This document shows, in pieces, positions 51,600 to 60,744 of a DNA stretch of 64,000 nt (its first letter is position 1; each line of letters begins with the position of its first letter). A program made the translations under genes and the position numbers. The stretch lies in the NCBI GenBank assembly GCA_019057795.1, contig JAHLWS010000071.1, forward strand, positions 65,648 through 129,647, given 5' to 3'. A model generated the notes under the pieces. The model did not search any database and was not told where the DNA came from. It worked only from the letters and a program-made list of their open reading frames with translations. This stretch comes from Promethearchaeota archaeon. Lineage in GTDB: Archaea > Asgardarchaeota > Lokiarchaeia > Sigyniarchaeales > SOKP01.

Positions 51600-52166
51600 A
51601 TGGGTTCAAAATCTTCGTCAGGAAAAGGTTTAGTGATACTTGCTTTAATTATAGGTATATTGGGATTGGGACTTGGAGTGGTTTCATTTATGCAAATCCA
51701 AATAGGAGAAGCTTCTAAACCTATCGTAGGACTTTGGGAAAGTTTATCCCGAGATATGGATAATCCCGATTTTAATACGGAAAATGATTGGCTTATTGAA
51801 GTTGATGACAATAAAATAATAAATTTCAACTATGTTATCTTAGATCAGGGCGCTCAACACAAGAATACGCGTTTCCACTTAATGAAAAGTGGTTGGTACC
51901 GGGTTAATATACATGTCATGTTGAGCGGTGTGTCTAGTGCGCAAGGTTGGTATAGGATATATGTATTGAAAAATGATAGCACAATTTTATTTCTATTGTA
52001 TGAAGTTAGTATTAATCAAAATCTTCAAGTCAACAGGCAGTTCTATATTTCTAGCGATGGTAATGACTATTTTGAATTAAATTGCTACAACTCTGGTGAC
52101 AATTTTTTTATCGAAAGCCAACAAGTATTTAATCAACTTACCATAGAATATGTTGGAGAATATTAA
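51600..52166 (+). CDS. Type II membrane protein with C1q/TNF/BclA-like beta domain
   Basis: N-terminal TM; RFHLMKSGWYRVNIHV, NDYFEL, NQLTIEYV. Confidence 0.55.
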   Translation: MGSKSSSGKGLVILALIIGILGLGLGVVSFMQIQIGEASKPIVGLWESLSRDMDNPDFNTENDWLIEVDDNKIINFNYVILDQGAQHKNTRFHLMKSGWYRVNIHVMLSGVSSAQGWYRIYVLKNDSTILFLLYEVSINQNLQVNRQFYISSDGNDYFELNCYNSGDNFFIESQQVFNQLTIEYVGEY

Positions 52167-52312
52167 TTTATTTAATTATAGTTTCATAAAATTTTTTTTT
52201 AATAATAAAAATCGTTATTTGGTTTGCTGTTTTTTTTTGCTCACTGAATTTTATACTTACCCAAATTTTAAGCTTTATCTCTTAGATCTGCTAAATTAAA
52301 AACTACAAGGAT

Positions 52313-53467
52313 CTACAGGATTGTTTCCAAATCGTCTAATTTTTTTAAGAGCCAATTTTTAAACTCATTAAAATTTTCTACTGAAGGTATTGGTTCTAAA
52401 GTACCTTTTACGCTCTTATTCTTGATGCTTACAGTAGGGTTAATCGGTTTATGCAAGGTATTACTATGAGGTTTGTTTTCTTCGTTTACTTCGGGTAAAT
52501 AAGCAAGTGGGATTTTTAATTTATCGAAGATAATTTGGAAATCTAAAAGATCGTTCTCATTCGCTTGAAGTTTAGTGTATATAATTTTAATCCATTTAGA
52601 CAAAAATTCGGGGGGGATTCCTTTTTCCCAGTGGTGGTTACGCAAATAATTGTATAGTTTTTTAGGGTAGAAGAGCTGTTCAACCTCTAAATTAGCGGGA
52701 TTTACTTTATCAAAGCGATAATCGTGAAGTAATTTTATAAACTCTTGCCCGATTTTACGGTTAGTTTTCAAAATATCCTCGTATTCGTAAGAAAAATCTT
52801 TTAGCGGTTTAGAAAACTTTTTTTTGGGCATTTTTTTTGGTCTTTCGAATTTGGGTATTTGGATCTTAAAATATAACCTAGTAAAAGTTAAAATCTTGTC
52901 CCAAAAAATCTGATCGTAATCGCGCATAAGTTTGGGAAGATTGTCCGCGTTATTCTTGTTATTTAAATCTACGAAGATTTTTGTTGCTACGCTTTTAATT
53001 TTAAGAATTTCGTCTAATAATATTTGTTCGTTTTGAGAAGTTTGGATTAGATGTTGCTCAAAAGACAAATTAACTCTTTCCGGCTCGTAATTAAGAAAGG
53101 AATTGTTCTTTTTGTTGTAAAAAATAAAACTATGGCCATTTGCTAAATGCTCTACATTCTCGTGCGTGTTGATTACGCAGTGTATGTTCGGGGATTCCAA
53201 TAAGATTTTGATATCTTCTACTTTAGCATTCATTATGTAATAAAATGTAGGTTGTTGAGAATATGAGCTACTAACTTCAAATTCAATGATTTCGCGAAGA
53301 TTATGTAATACGGTAGAGTCCAAATCAACTACATCGTACCCTACAGAAAAACAATCTAAAGAATGGATGTGTTTTAAATCGACGTATGGATATATTACCA
53401 AGTTTTTTTGCTGAAAGAATAAAATATTTAAAAATTCTGGTGATATGAAATCGTATTTAGTGTCCAT
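52313..53467 (-). CDS. Hypothetical protein
   Basis: 384-aa ORF with AGGAG SD, downstream of the MglA-like gene. Confidence 0.7.
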   Translation of the reverse strand: MDTKYDFISPEFLNILFFQQKNLVIYPYVDLKHIHSLDCFSVGYDVVDLDSTVLHNLREIIEFEVSSSYSQQPTFYYIMNAKVEDIKILLESPNIHCVINTHENVEHLANGHSFIFYNKKNNSFLNYEPERVNLSFEQHLIQTSQNEQILLDEILKIKSVATKIFVDLNNKNNADNLPKLMRDYDQIFWDKILTFTRLYFKIQIPKFERPKKMPKKKFSKPLKDFSYEYEDILKTNRKIGQEFIKLLHDYRFDKVNPANLEVEQLFYPKKLYNYLRNHHWEKGIPPEFLSKWIKIIYTKLQANENDLLDFQIIFDKLKIPLAYLPEVNEENKPHSNTLHKPINPTVSIKNKSVKGTLEPIPSVENFNEFKNWLLKKLDDLETIL

Positions 53468-53510
53468 AATTCGTCTAATTCTCCTAAATTGTTAAATATA
53501 TAGCCTAATA

Positions 53511-54164
53511 TTAAAGCCTAAAATAATTGAAAATTATTTGGATCATTAAGTCTTCAAAACATCTCCGAACACTATCTCCTTTTAAAGCCACAGTTGGATA
53601 CACTACTGGCGTTCCATCATCGAACTCCTCGGATTGTGGGAGCCCAAGCTCTACTTTAAAGGCCTTTAGAGAAATAGCATTTTCCAAATCTCTCTTGTTT
53701 AGCTGTATTACATATGGAATCCCCTTATCGTGAGTAAAACTGCTTAATTCTCGAAAACTTCGCTTGTTTTGTTCCATTTTTTCAGGGTCGGAATCAGCTA
53801 CAAACACTACGCCGTCAGCTCCATCCAATACATACTCTCGTGTAGATAAAAATCGTTCTTGTCCTGTTGCCGTAACTATTTGCGTAATAATGTTGAATTT
53901 GATCTCTTTAAGATTGAAATAAAACGAAAGTCTGATTGAATCTTGCCATAAAGTTCTACCATCGGTCGTTTCTATGGAATATCCTGCATTTAATTTCACG
54001 CCATCGAACTTTTCTCGCAGCCTAAAATAATTGGTTGTCTTACCTGACTCTCCAGGTCCCCAGTACACGATTTTGAACTGAAGCACCTCTTTTAACGCGT
54101 TAAAACCCGATTCACTACTGATTTCTGCTTTTTTCTTCTCATCTTTCTCGGAATCTACGATCAT
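53511..54164 (-). CDS. mglA: MglA-like small GTPase
   Basis: KIVYWGPGESGKTTN, GRTLWQD, TATGQ, GADGVVFVADS, NKRDL. Confidence 0.85.
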   Translation of the reverse strand: MIVDSEKDEKKKAEISSESGFNALKEVLQFKIVYWGPGESGKTTNYFRLREKFDGVKLNAGYSIETTDGRTLWQDSIRLSFYFNLKEIKFNIITQIVTATGQERFLSTREYVLDGADGVVFVADSDPEKMEQNKRSFRELSSFTHDKGIPYVIQLNKRDLENAISLKAFKVELGLPQSEEFDDGTPVVYPTVALKGDSVRRCFEDLMIQIIFNYFRL

Positions 54165-54190
54165 TTTTCACGCTACACCTTTAATTATAA

Positions 54191-54723
54191 TTAAGCGGAT
54201 TGAAACACTTTCTTTTTTAATTCTCTAAGGTATTCTTTTAACTCTCGTTCGGTCATTTGTAGTTTGGTCATAATAGTTTGATTTCTAGTGATAGCCTCTT
54301 TAATTTTTTGCGAGAACTTTCTCATCTGCAATATTAATACACCAATATTTACCATGTTATCGACTAAAGAACGACGAGAATCTCTCGTTTTCCTTTTTTA
54401 TGAAGTATTACATCTCCAATTGATTTAACGTAAAGTTGCAAATCTTTGTAGATCAAAGTTGCTCTGATTAAAGAGTCTGTCTCGAAAAAATCTTGAGCTT
54501 GCCTAGCAACTCCGTATAGAGCGGCACCGATCGAGCTTAAGTCCCAATAATTCAATTTACGATCAAATCTAGAGTCGATTGCGACGATTTTCGCGTCTTG
54601 ATCAATTGCAATAAGCCCATAAATGTATCCTCTTCTAGTTAACATTCCATAACTATAACGGATTTCGTCCAAAACAATTGTTATTTCGTTTTCGTACAAC
54701 GCTTTGGGTACAAATAATGTCAT
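54191..54723 (-). pseudogene. mglB: MglB/Roadblock-like protein, frameshifted near 54366
   Basis: DLSSIGAALYGVA roadblock core; C-terminal VDNMVNIGVLILQMRK...QSA* lies in the -1 frame (54364-54191). Confidence 0.75.
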
Positions 54724-54835
54724 TTTCTTCTCTAACACCTAATTGTTTATTGATAGAAAAGAAATAGTCTTGGATAATATAAAGGAAAAAATCTAAATAA
54801 AAATTATTGGGTTTAAAAACATAATTCTCGATTAT

Positions 54836-55675
54836 TTGGTAACACTTACGATTATTATCATGATCGAATCGAAGAAAAAAGAATCGGAATCGTTCGAACA
54901 CATCAAAATAAAGAATTTTTTTTACGATAACCTCCCCTTTGATAACAACGTAAAAACTATTAAACTAGAATATTCGATTGGCAATCGAATAGCCGATGTA
55001 TATTGCATGCTAGAGAATGGAAAAGAAGTAGTAATTGAAATTCAGCATTCAATAATTCTTTCCAAAGATTTACTCCAGCGCACTAAAGAGTACAACGAAC
55101 ATAATTGCTATGTTTTATGGGTTTTTAATGGAAGTTCTTTTGAGAGATTACCTAAGATCGGAGATAAAATCCGAATTTTAGGTTTTGAGAGAATTTCTAA
55201 CATATTGTATCGCGGGCGCGTTTATTATATCAACATGACAAAAACTGGACTCCATAGCCCTGTTTATCCTCTATATTTTGCTAATTATTACGAACGTAAA
55301 ATTTCTGATTACGGATTTAGCTATTACAAAAAGTCCAAAACCAAAAAAAGCGTTGTTCCAAGCGAAATTCCGTCTCTTAAGTTAAAATTATTTAAAAACA
55401 AGGGATATAAATTAGCCGGCTTTCACGACGATAACATTCGAAAGACTTGTACCGAATCCATACACCAATTCTTAATAGATTACGAAAATGTTGAAGAAAA
55501 AGTTAAAAATGTTAAAAAAATGAAGTCTAATCAAAAAAAATTGTTCATAATCATTGCTATGTTCGGGCGACTATTTGGATTATATTTGCTCTTTGACATG
55601 TTAAGACACCTTAAAGTTGTCAGTAAAGAAGACTTTCATTACATGAAAGTAAGCTATATTTATTTGGAATTATAA
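54836..55675 (+). CDS. CoiA-like PD-(D/E)xK nuclease
   Basis: ESFEH..K, LEY..RIADV..VIEIQHS..RT..Y..VLWVF; ATG likely at 54860. Confidence 0.75.
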   Translation: MVTLTIIIMIESKKKESESFEHIKIKNFFYDNLPFDNNVKTIKLEYSIGNRIADVYCMLENGKEVVIEIQHSIILSKDLLQRTKEYNEHNCYVLWVFNGSSFERLPKIGDKIRILGFERISNILYRGRVYYINMTKTGLHSPVYPLYFANYYERKISDYGFSYYKKSKTKKSVVPSEIPSLKLKLFKNKGYKLAGFHDDNIRKTCTESIHQFLIDYENVEEKVKNVKKMKSNQKKLFIIIAMFGRLFGLYLLFDMLRHLKVVSKEDFHYMKVSYIYLEL

Positions 55676-55696
55676 AATTGAGATAAAGTTTGATTG

Positions 55697-56626
55697 CTAT
55701 AAAATTTTTAAGGTAGAATTTTTAGTAAAGACCAACTCTTTTTCGGAAGTATAGGAGTTTTCCTTGACGGCCAAATTGGTTATCGAAACGCAATCCCAAT
55801 CGCTTACTAACTTCAAGCACTCGATCGCTTCCATACCCCAAATTTTCACGTGTATCGCGAAAGACTCGACATCTAAAAGTAAAGTAAGTAAAAATGATTT
55901 CTCGCCCGATTTAAGATCCAACTCTTTAAAGTCTTCTATTTTAACATGTCCTTTTACCGAACTAACGAACTTGTTTTGAAGGATAAATTCTTTTAAGCTT
56001 TCTTTCGGAACTGTTTTATAACTTTTTTCGCGGTTTTTATCGATATTAACTGAATCGAGCTTGTCTCTCCTCCCTTGGCTAACATCTTTAGGGGAAAGAA
56101 CTAACTTTCCTTTTCTTCCGAGGTGAACTTCGAGGTTGTCGCTTCTCCCGGCTTTTGAATAACCCCCTATTAAGCGAACGAGCTCGTTTACCCGAAAATA
56201 TTCGTTTTTCGCCGTCTTCGCGTGGTCGTCCCATAAGACGATCTTAACGGTCTCGGTTGAGTCGACCAATAAGAAAGAACAAACCGCGCCCATAGAACCA
56301 TCTTTTCTCGTAAATTCTCGGGTTTGGAAAATTTTAAGTATTTTACCTAACAATACTATATTAGTCATAGACTCTTTAACTTCAGATATATCGATAGTGA
56401 AATCGTCGTAATCGAATTCCTCCTCGAGATCTTCGTATAATTGTGGATCGATTTCAGGTGAATGAAGATAAATGCCGTTTTCTTTAGCGATTATAAATAA
56501 AATACCCTGTTTTGACATAAATCCGCCAAATTCTTTTTCTTTACTTTGAACCTGTCTCTCTAATTCTTCTTCTGAGAATCCTGATTCTAATAATTTTTGA
56601 TACAAATCGTCTATAGAAGCGCTCAT
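55697..56626 (-). CDS. RPA/SSB-type OB-fold protein (DUF2240-like N-terminus)
   Basis: FGGFMSKQG, REFTRKDGS.G.V..LVDSTETVKIVLWD, second OB with IWG. Confidence 0.85.
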   Translation of the reverse strand: MSASIDDLYQKLLESGFSEEELERQVQSKEKEFGGFMSKQGILFIIAKENGIYLHSPEIDPQLYEDLEEEFDYDDFTIDISEVKESMTNIVLLGKILKIFQTREFTRKDGSMGAVCSFLLVDSTETVKIVLWDDHAKTAKNEYFRVNELVRLIGGYSKAGRSDNLEVHLGRKGKLVLSPKDVSQGRRDKLDSVNIDKNREKSYKTVPKESLKEFILQNKFVSSVKGHVKIEDFKELDLKSGEKSFLLTLLLDVESFAIHVKIWGMEAIECLKLVSDWDCVSITNLAVKENSYTSEKELVFTKNSTLKIL

Positions 56627-56752
56627 ATTCCTACTTTAGCTAATTATACAATTTAGTATAAATTCAAATTAGAGTTTTAATTATTTAAACAAAAAAATTA
56701 AAATCAAGTTGTAAATGATTTTCTTAAAAGAAAAGAATTATTTGATAATTAT

Positions 56753-57232
56753 ATGCCCATAATAGATTCTTCATCTGAAAAAAGTGAAATTATTGAAGCG
56801 CTAAACGATTTACTCTTAAAATATAGAGAGCTAACCGAAAATGGCGTTGTTTTCAAACTTAAAAAAGTAAAAAGTCCTTTAGACCTTCTTGGTGTATTAG
56901 ATTTTTTAAAAGATAAAATTCAGAGATGGGGAAACGACGATATATTTACTTACTGTGCCAATTTATTTGAAGACTTTAATGTCATAATTATTGGAGCTAA
57001 AAACATTGAAAAAGCAAAAGAGCTAATAATTTCTGTTTTTCTTTCCGACCTTATTAAGAATGAAGATGAGAGCGGACTCGACGTTATTTTTAAAAACGTA
57101 AACACATTTAACGAGTTTGAAGAATGGTTGAAAAATGAAATTTCAAAAGGCATTTCAAATGGCTATCCCCCAGATCCAGAAAAGGCAAAAGAACTAAAAA
57201 AACATTTAGAGACTATCTTAAAAAATATTTAA
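56753..57232 (+). CDS. Hypothetical protein
   Basis: 159-aa ORF. Confidence 0.6.
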   Translation: MPIIDSSSEKSEIIEALNDLLLKYRELTENGVVFKLKKVKSPLDLLGVLDFLKDKIQRWGNDDIFTYCANLFEDFNVIIIGAKNIEKAKELIISVFLSDLIKNEDESGLDVIFKNVNTFNEFEEWLKNEISKGISNGYPPDPEKAKELKKHLETILKNI

Positions 57233-57345
57233 TTTATTAAACCCAATATAAATATGATCCTCAGAAATACAAAATATATACATGGACGTTTAAATTTACT
57301 TAAAAGTAAGCTAAAATATTTAAAGAAAAAACTATAGTAAATAGT

Positions 57346-57735
57346 ATGAATATAAATAAAAATACCAAGTATGAAGCGTTCAAACTCAAGAATTTAAAGA
57401 GTAAAAAGTATTACAATAAATTTACTCCAGCCCCAGATTCTTCAGAGACGCCGAAGGAACCCATCTCATTACCCGACGCTTTTATGAAATTAATTGATTA
57501 TGTTGGACTTTGCTTATCAATGATAAGCGACAAAAATTTTATGGACATCAAAGTAGATTTAGTATATTGGGGGGATCAATTGCTCATTTCGGCGGAAGCA
57601 GGGGATAGGACAAAATTTGAAGAATCTGAGGAAGAGTTACTCTTTAGGATAAAGCTAATTCTTCCCACAGATAAATTTGATTTTGTAAAACCCAAATTTG
57701 ATGAGTTTTTAGAAAGGTTATCGAAAAGTTTCTGA
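57346..57735 (+). CDS. Hypothetical protein
   Basis: 129-aa ORF. Confidence 0.55.
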   Translation: MNINKNTKYEAFKLKNLKSKKYYNKFTPAPDSSETPKEPISLPDAFMKLIDYVGLCLSMISDKNFMDIKVDLVYWGDQLLISAEAGDRTKFEESEEELLFRIKLILPTDKFDFVKPKFDEFLERLSKSF

Positions 57736-57802
57736 AAAAAGACTTCCCGAAAATTCTTTTTTTTTTTAAGAGTCTTACAACATTCTTGAAAAGATAAAAA
57801 AG

Positions 57803-57876
57803 GGAAGGAACTGGATTGCATCCAGGTAATTTCACTATCGATAGTGAAATCATTGAACATCAATGAACTTCTGAAG
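57803..57876. other. Cluster of three adjacent hairpins/palindromes
   Basis: CTGGAT-TGC-ATCCAG; perfect 22-bp ATTTCACTATCGATAGTGAAAT; CATTGA-ACA-TCAATG. Confidence 0.6.
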
Positions 57877-57904
57877 CCCGATCACCGTATTAATCCACTC
57901 ATCC

Positions 57905-58669
57905 TTACTTATTCTTCATTTTTTTCTTCATTCTTTTTATCTCTTTAGCCTTGTGGTCTTTCATTTCATAAGTCACGATTGCTCTCCGTACTTTCTCTGA
58001 TAACGTCATAGCTACCATTATCACGAATACAATCGCTCCACCACCCGATGCAATAACCAAGACAAGGTTTGTTGGACTTATAGGACCTTGCGTTCCTATC
58101 CACGTGAAATCAGTACGCAATGGAAGCCAATAAACCCAGTGTATTATTGCGAAAAATATGATGCAAGATATTGTTACAACCCCCACCACAATTATTATTG
58201 CTACTCTTCGCTTAGTTAGTTTAACCGCTCCAATAAGGATACCTGGAAAATAACAGGACAATATGAAAGCAGGTACCAACACTAAGTACATGTTCAAAGG
58301 TATCCCTAATACTCCCATTTCCATAAAAGCCATAAAAATCGATTGGAGTACTATGATTATCAAAAACGATATAATTGCCTTCTTTTTTGCCCCACTTAAC
58401 CAATTAGAATATACATACGCTAGCAATACTAAACCCACTGCTACTGCCACGAAAAGCTCACCCCAAATCGACCAATAGGGTGGCATGTTTTTGTAATTAG
58501 GTGTCTCGGTGTTAAAAAGATACCCCATAAGTCTTTCATATCCTTGTAGTGAAAAATATGTTGGTATCAATGCTAACCAATAGAGCGTTAGACTTTCCTT
58601 CCATCGGACTACAAGGCTTTCGATCTTCGCCTTTTCTTCAGGAGTCCATTCATATGAATCTCTAGTCAA
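57905..58669 (-). CDS. Multi-TM membrane protein (~6 TM)
   Basis: TTG start after GGAAGG; hydrophobic segments. Confidence 0.7.
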   Translation of the reverse strand: MTRDSYEWTPEEKAKIESLVVRWKESLTLYWLALIPTYFSLQGYERLMGYLFNTETPNYKNMPPYWSIWGELFVAVAVGLVLLAYVYSNWLSGAKKKAIISFLIIIVLQSIFMAFMEMGVLGIPLNMYLVLVPAFILSCYFPGILIGAVKLTKRRVAIIIVVGVVTISCIIFFAIIHWVYWLPLRTDFTWIGTQGPISPTNLVLVIASGGGAIVFVIMVAMTLSEKVRRAIVTYEMKDHKAKEIKRMKKKMKNK

Positions 58670-58972
58670 TTTCCTTCCCTTCGTATATTGGTAAATTTAA
58701 TATTATATTATCAAAGATTATAAGTAAATCAAGGAAATTTACATATTTGTGAAATTTCCCTCTATCAAGTTCTTTAAGATAAACACATATAAAAATATTT
58801 TGCCGATATAGTGTTTTATAAAATAATATTGTTGCCTGTGTTCAATTATAAAAAAAATTGAATAAAATTTAATTCTAATTAACTCGACATAATTCACATC
58901 TCAACAACCAAAATCACAATATAAAAATTACTAATTGTAGATAGTCTTTACGTTTAATATGTTGAAGTCCAT

Positions 58973-59182
58973 ATGATCGATATGGAAAAACCGGCATCTT
59001 ATTACGATTGGGAAAAGAATTTTAAGAAGTCTTCTAATAAGCGCAAAAACGAGCCAAAAGAAGCGAGGGTCGTTAATTCAATCGGGCTTCCAGACGATTT
59101 TTTTAAAAACTACTTAAAAATGTGGAAGTATAATTATCTTTTTAAAGACAAATTCGAACCCCATAGTCATCGTATCCTCTAA
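58973..59182 (+). CDS. Hypothetical small protein
   Basis: 69-aa ORF only. Confidence 0.45.
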   Translation: MIDMEKPASYYDWEKNFKKSSNKRKNEPKEARVVNSIGLPDDFFKNYLKMWKYNYLFKDKFEPHSHRIL

Positions 59183-59313
59183 TTCTAATTAAAAAAATAT
59201 TTTATACTACGCAGAAGTCATTTTGATATTATACTAATTTTAATTTAAATTATCATTTCATTCGCTATAGCTTATAGTTATTAATAATTTAAGATTGAAG
59301 AGATTTCGAATTT

Positions 59314-59712
59314 ATGTCAGAATTTTTGCTCGATTTTTTTGTTCTCGCGGAAGGAGGAAAAGTGATTTTTAGCCATTCTTCTCTTTTAAAATGCGATGAA
59401 CAACTGCTAGGTGCGTATTTTCACGCAATAAATGCGGTTTATAAGATTTGTTTTCAGAGAGATTTACAAAAAATATCAATGAACCAATATCGTTTGCATT
59501 TTAAGAAGATGGAACCATTTTTCTTTATTGGTATGTCCTCAGTTGACATTGGCTACAAATCAGCTAACAATAATTTTGAACATTTAGCCCACCTATTTTA
59601 CGATAAGTTCCAGCATAATTTGCCGCAATATTGGGAAAGCGACATAAAAATGTTTCATTGCTTTAGTTCTGAAGTGAATAAAAAATTAAAGGAAATTATC
59701 GTAGAAGGATAA
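59314..59712 (+). CDS. Stand-alone longin-like domain protein
   Basis: FFVLAEGGKVIFS, DEQLLGAYFHAI, FYDKF..WESDIKMF..F. Confidence 0.7.
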   Translation: MSEFLLDFFVLAEGGKVIFSHSSLLKCDEQLLGAYFHAINAVYKICFQRDLQKISMNQYRLHFKKMEPFFFIGMSSVDIGYKSANNNFEHLAHLFYDKFQHNLPQYWESDIKMFHCFSSEVNKKLKEIIVEG

Positions 59713-59720
59713 AATCGAGC

Positions 59721-59930
59721 TTAAAAATCAACAATAAAAACAGAGTAATCCAAAGCTGCTTTTATATCATCTTCAGTAAGCCTTGAATATTCATCTATTA
59801 TCTTTTGAAAGGTTGCTCCATCGCGCAACATTTTCAAGACTATAGATATTGGAATTCTCGTTCCTTTAAATACTGGCTTCCCAGATAAAATTTTTGGATC
59901 GATATTAATTCGATCAGCATATCCTATCAT
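59721..59930 (-). CDS. DUF433 family antitoxin-like protein (orphan)
   Basis: RINIDPKILSGKPVFKGTRIPI..Y..LTEDDIKAALDY. Confidence 0.9.
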   Translation of the reverse strand: MIGYADRINIDPKILSGKPVFKGTRIPISIVLKMLRDGATFQKIIDEYSRLTEDDIKAALDYSVFIVDF

Positions 59931-60072
59931 TTTTAATCATCATTTTACAATTTTCTAATAATTAAATTATATTCCCTCTACTTATAATTTACTATATTTC
60001 TATATGGGAACATTTCTTTCTGATCAAACGATGGCTTGAAAAGGCACGAGAAGTAAAAGAAATAAATAAACT

Positions 60073-60678
60073 TCAGTTTAAGTTTCCGGATTTATTTATC
60101 TTTAACTTGTTCCTAGCCATGTGGAAGGCGTAGGCAGAACAAGAACACAGGGCTCTTAAATTTTTTTGGAGTATATAATTGTTGTTGGTTAAATTTGCAT
60201 CGTTTCGATCGGTAACAAAAATTACAAGGGCAAGCTGAGTTGGAACGTGAGGCCAAAAAAATTTGCGACCTAACAAGATGTGTAGAAGCTCTAAATTTTT
60301 TTTTGCTCGCTGATAATCGAATATAGGGGCGATTTTATAAGCTTTATGAAGGTACACTCGTACTTTTCGATAAAGACGCTTTCTCTCAGGAGTCCACGCG
60401 ATGTAACCAGAACGTAACATTTCGTTAAAAGCTTTTACTTCTTTTAGAAATTTGCTCATAATGTCTAAAACGAGATTGTTAGGTACATGCGTCTGTACCG
60501 CGATATTTTTGACGAGAAAGTGACTTAGCTCTATAACGCTGCTATCGCCGTTAGTTAGGCTCTCGCACCTGAAAAAATGATCTAATACTCTTTTTTTAAC
60601 TATAAAACGCTTAGATAATTCGCTCAGCACTTCTAAATTTTTCACCAAAAATACCGATTCGCTCGTATTACCAGCCAT
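60073..60678 (-). CDS. Hypothetical protein with TFB/cyclin-like C-terminus
   Basis: LALVIFVTDR..ILQKNLRALCSCSAYAFHMARNKL resembles the TFB HTH. Confidence 0.5.
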   Translation of the reverse strand: MAGNTSESVFLVKNLEVLSELSKRFIVKKRVLDHFFRCESLTNGDSSVIELSHFLVKNIAVQTHVPNNLVLDIMSKFLKEVKAFNEMLRSGYIAWTPERKRLYRKVRVYLHKAYKIAPIFDYQRAKKNLELLHILLGRKFFWPHVPTQLALVIFVTDRNDANLTNNNYILQKNLRALCSCSAYAFHMARNKLKINKSGNLN

Positions 60679-60744
60679 TATTTATTCAATGTCATAAACT
60701 TTAAAATCATTAAAAAAATTATAAATGTTAAAACCGTTGCTCAT

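Noticed and set aside
54364-54369. CTT TAG as an RF2-like +1 programmed frameshift
   Set aside because: The +1 frame hits TAA within a few codons; the coding continuation is in the -1 frame.
51410-60060. GATGGCTTGAAA inverted match between ~51435 and ~60030
   Set aside because: A 12-bp match is expected by chance in 64 kb, and the extension is poor.
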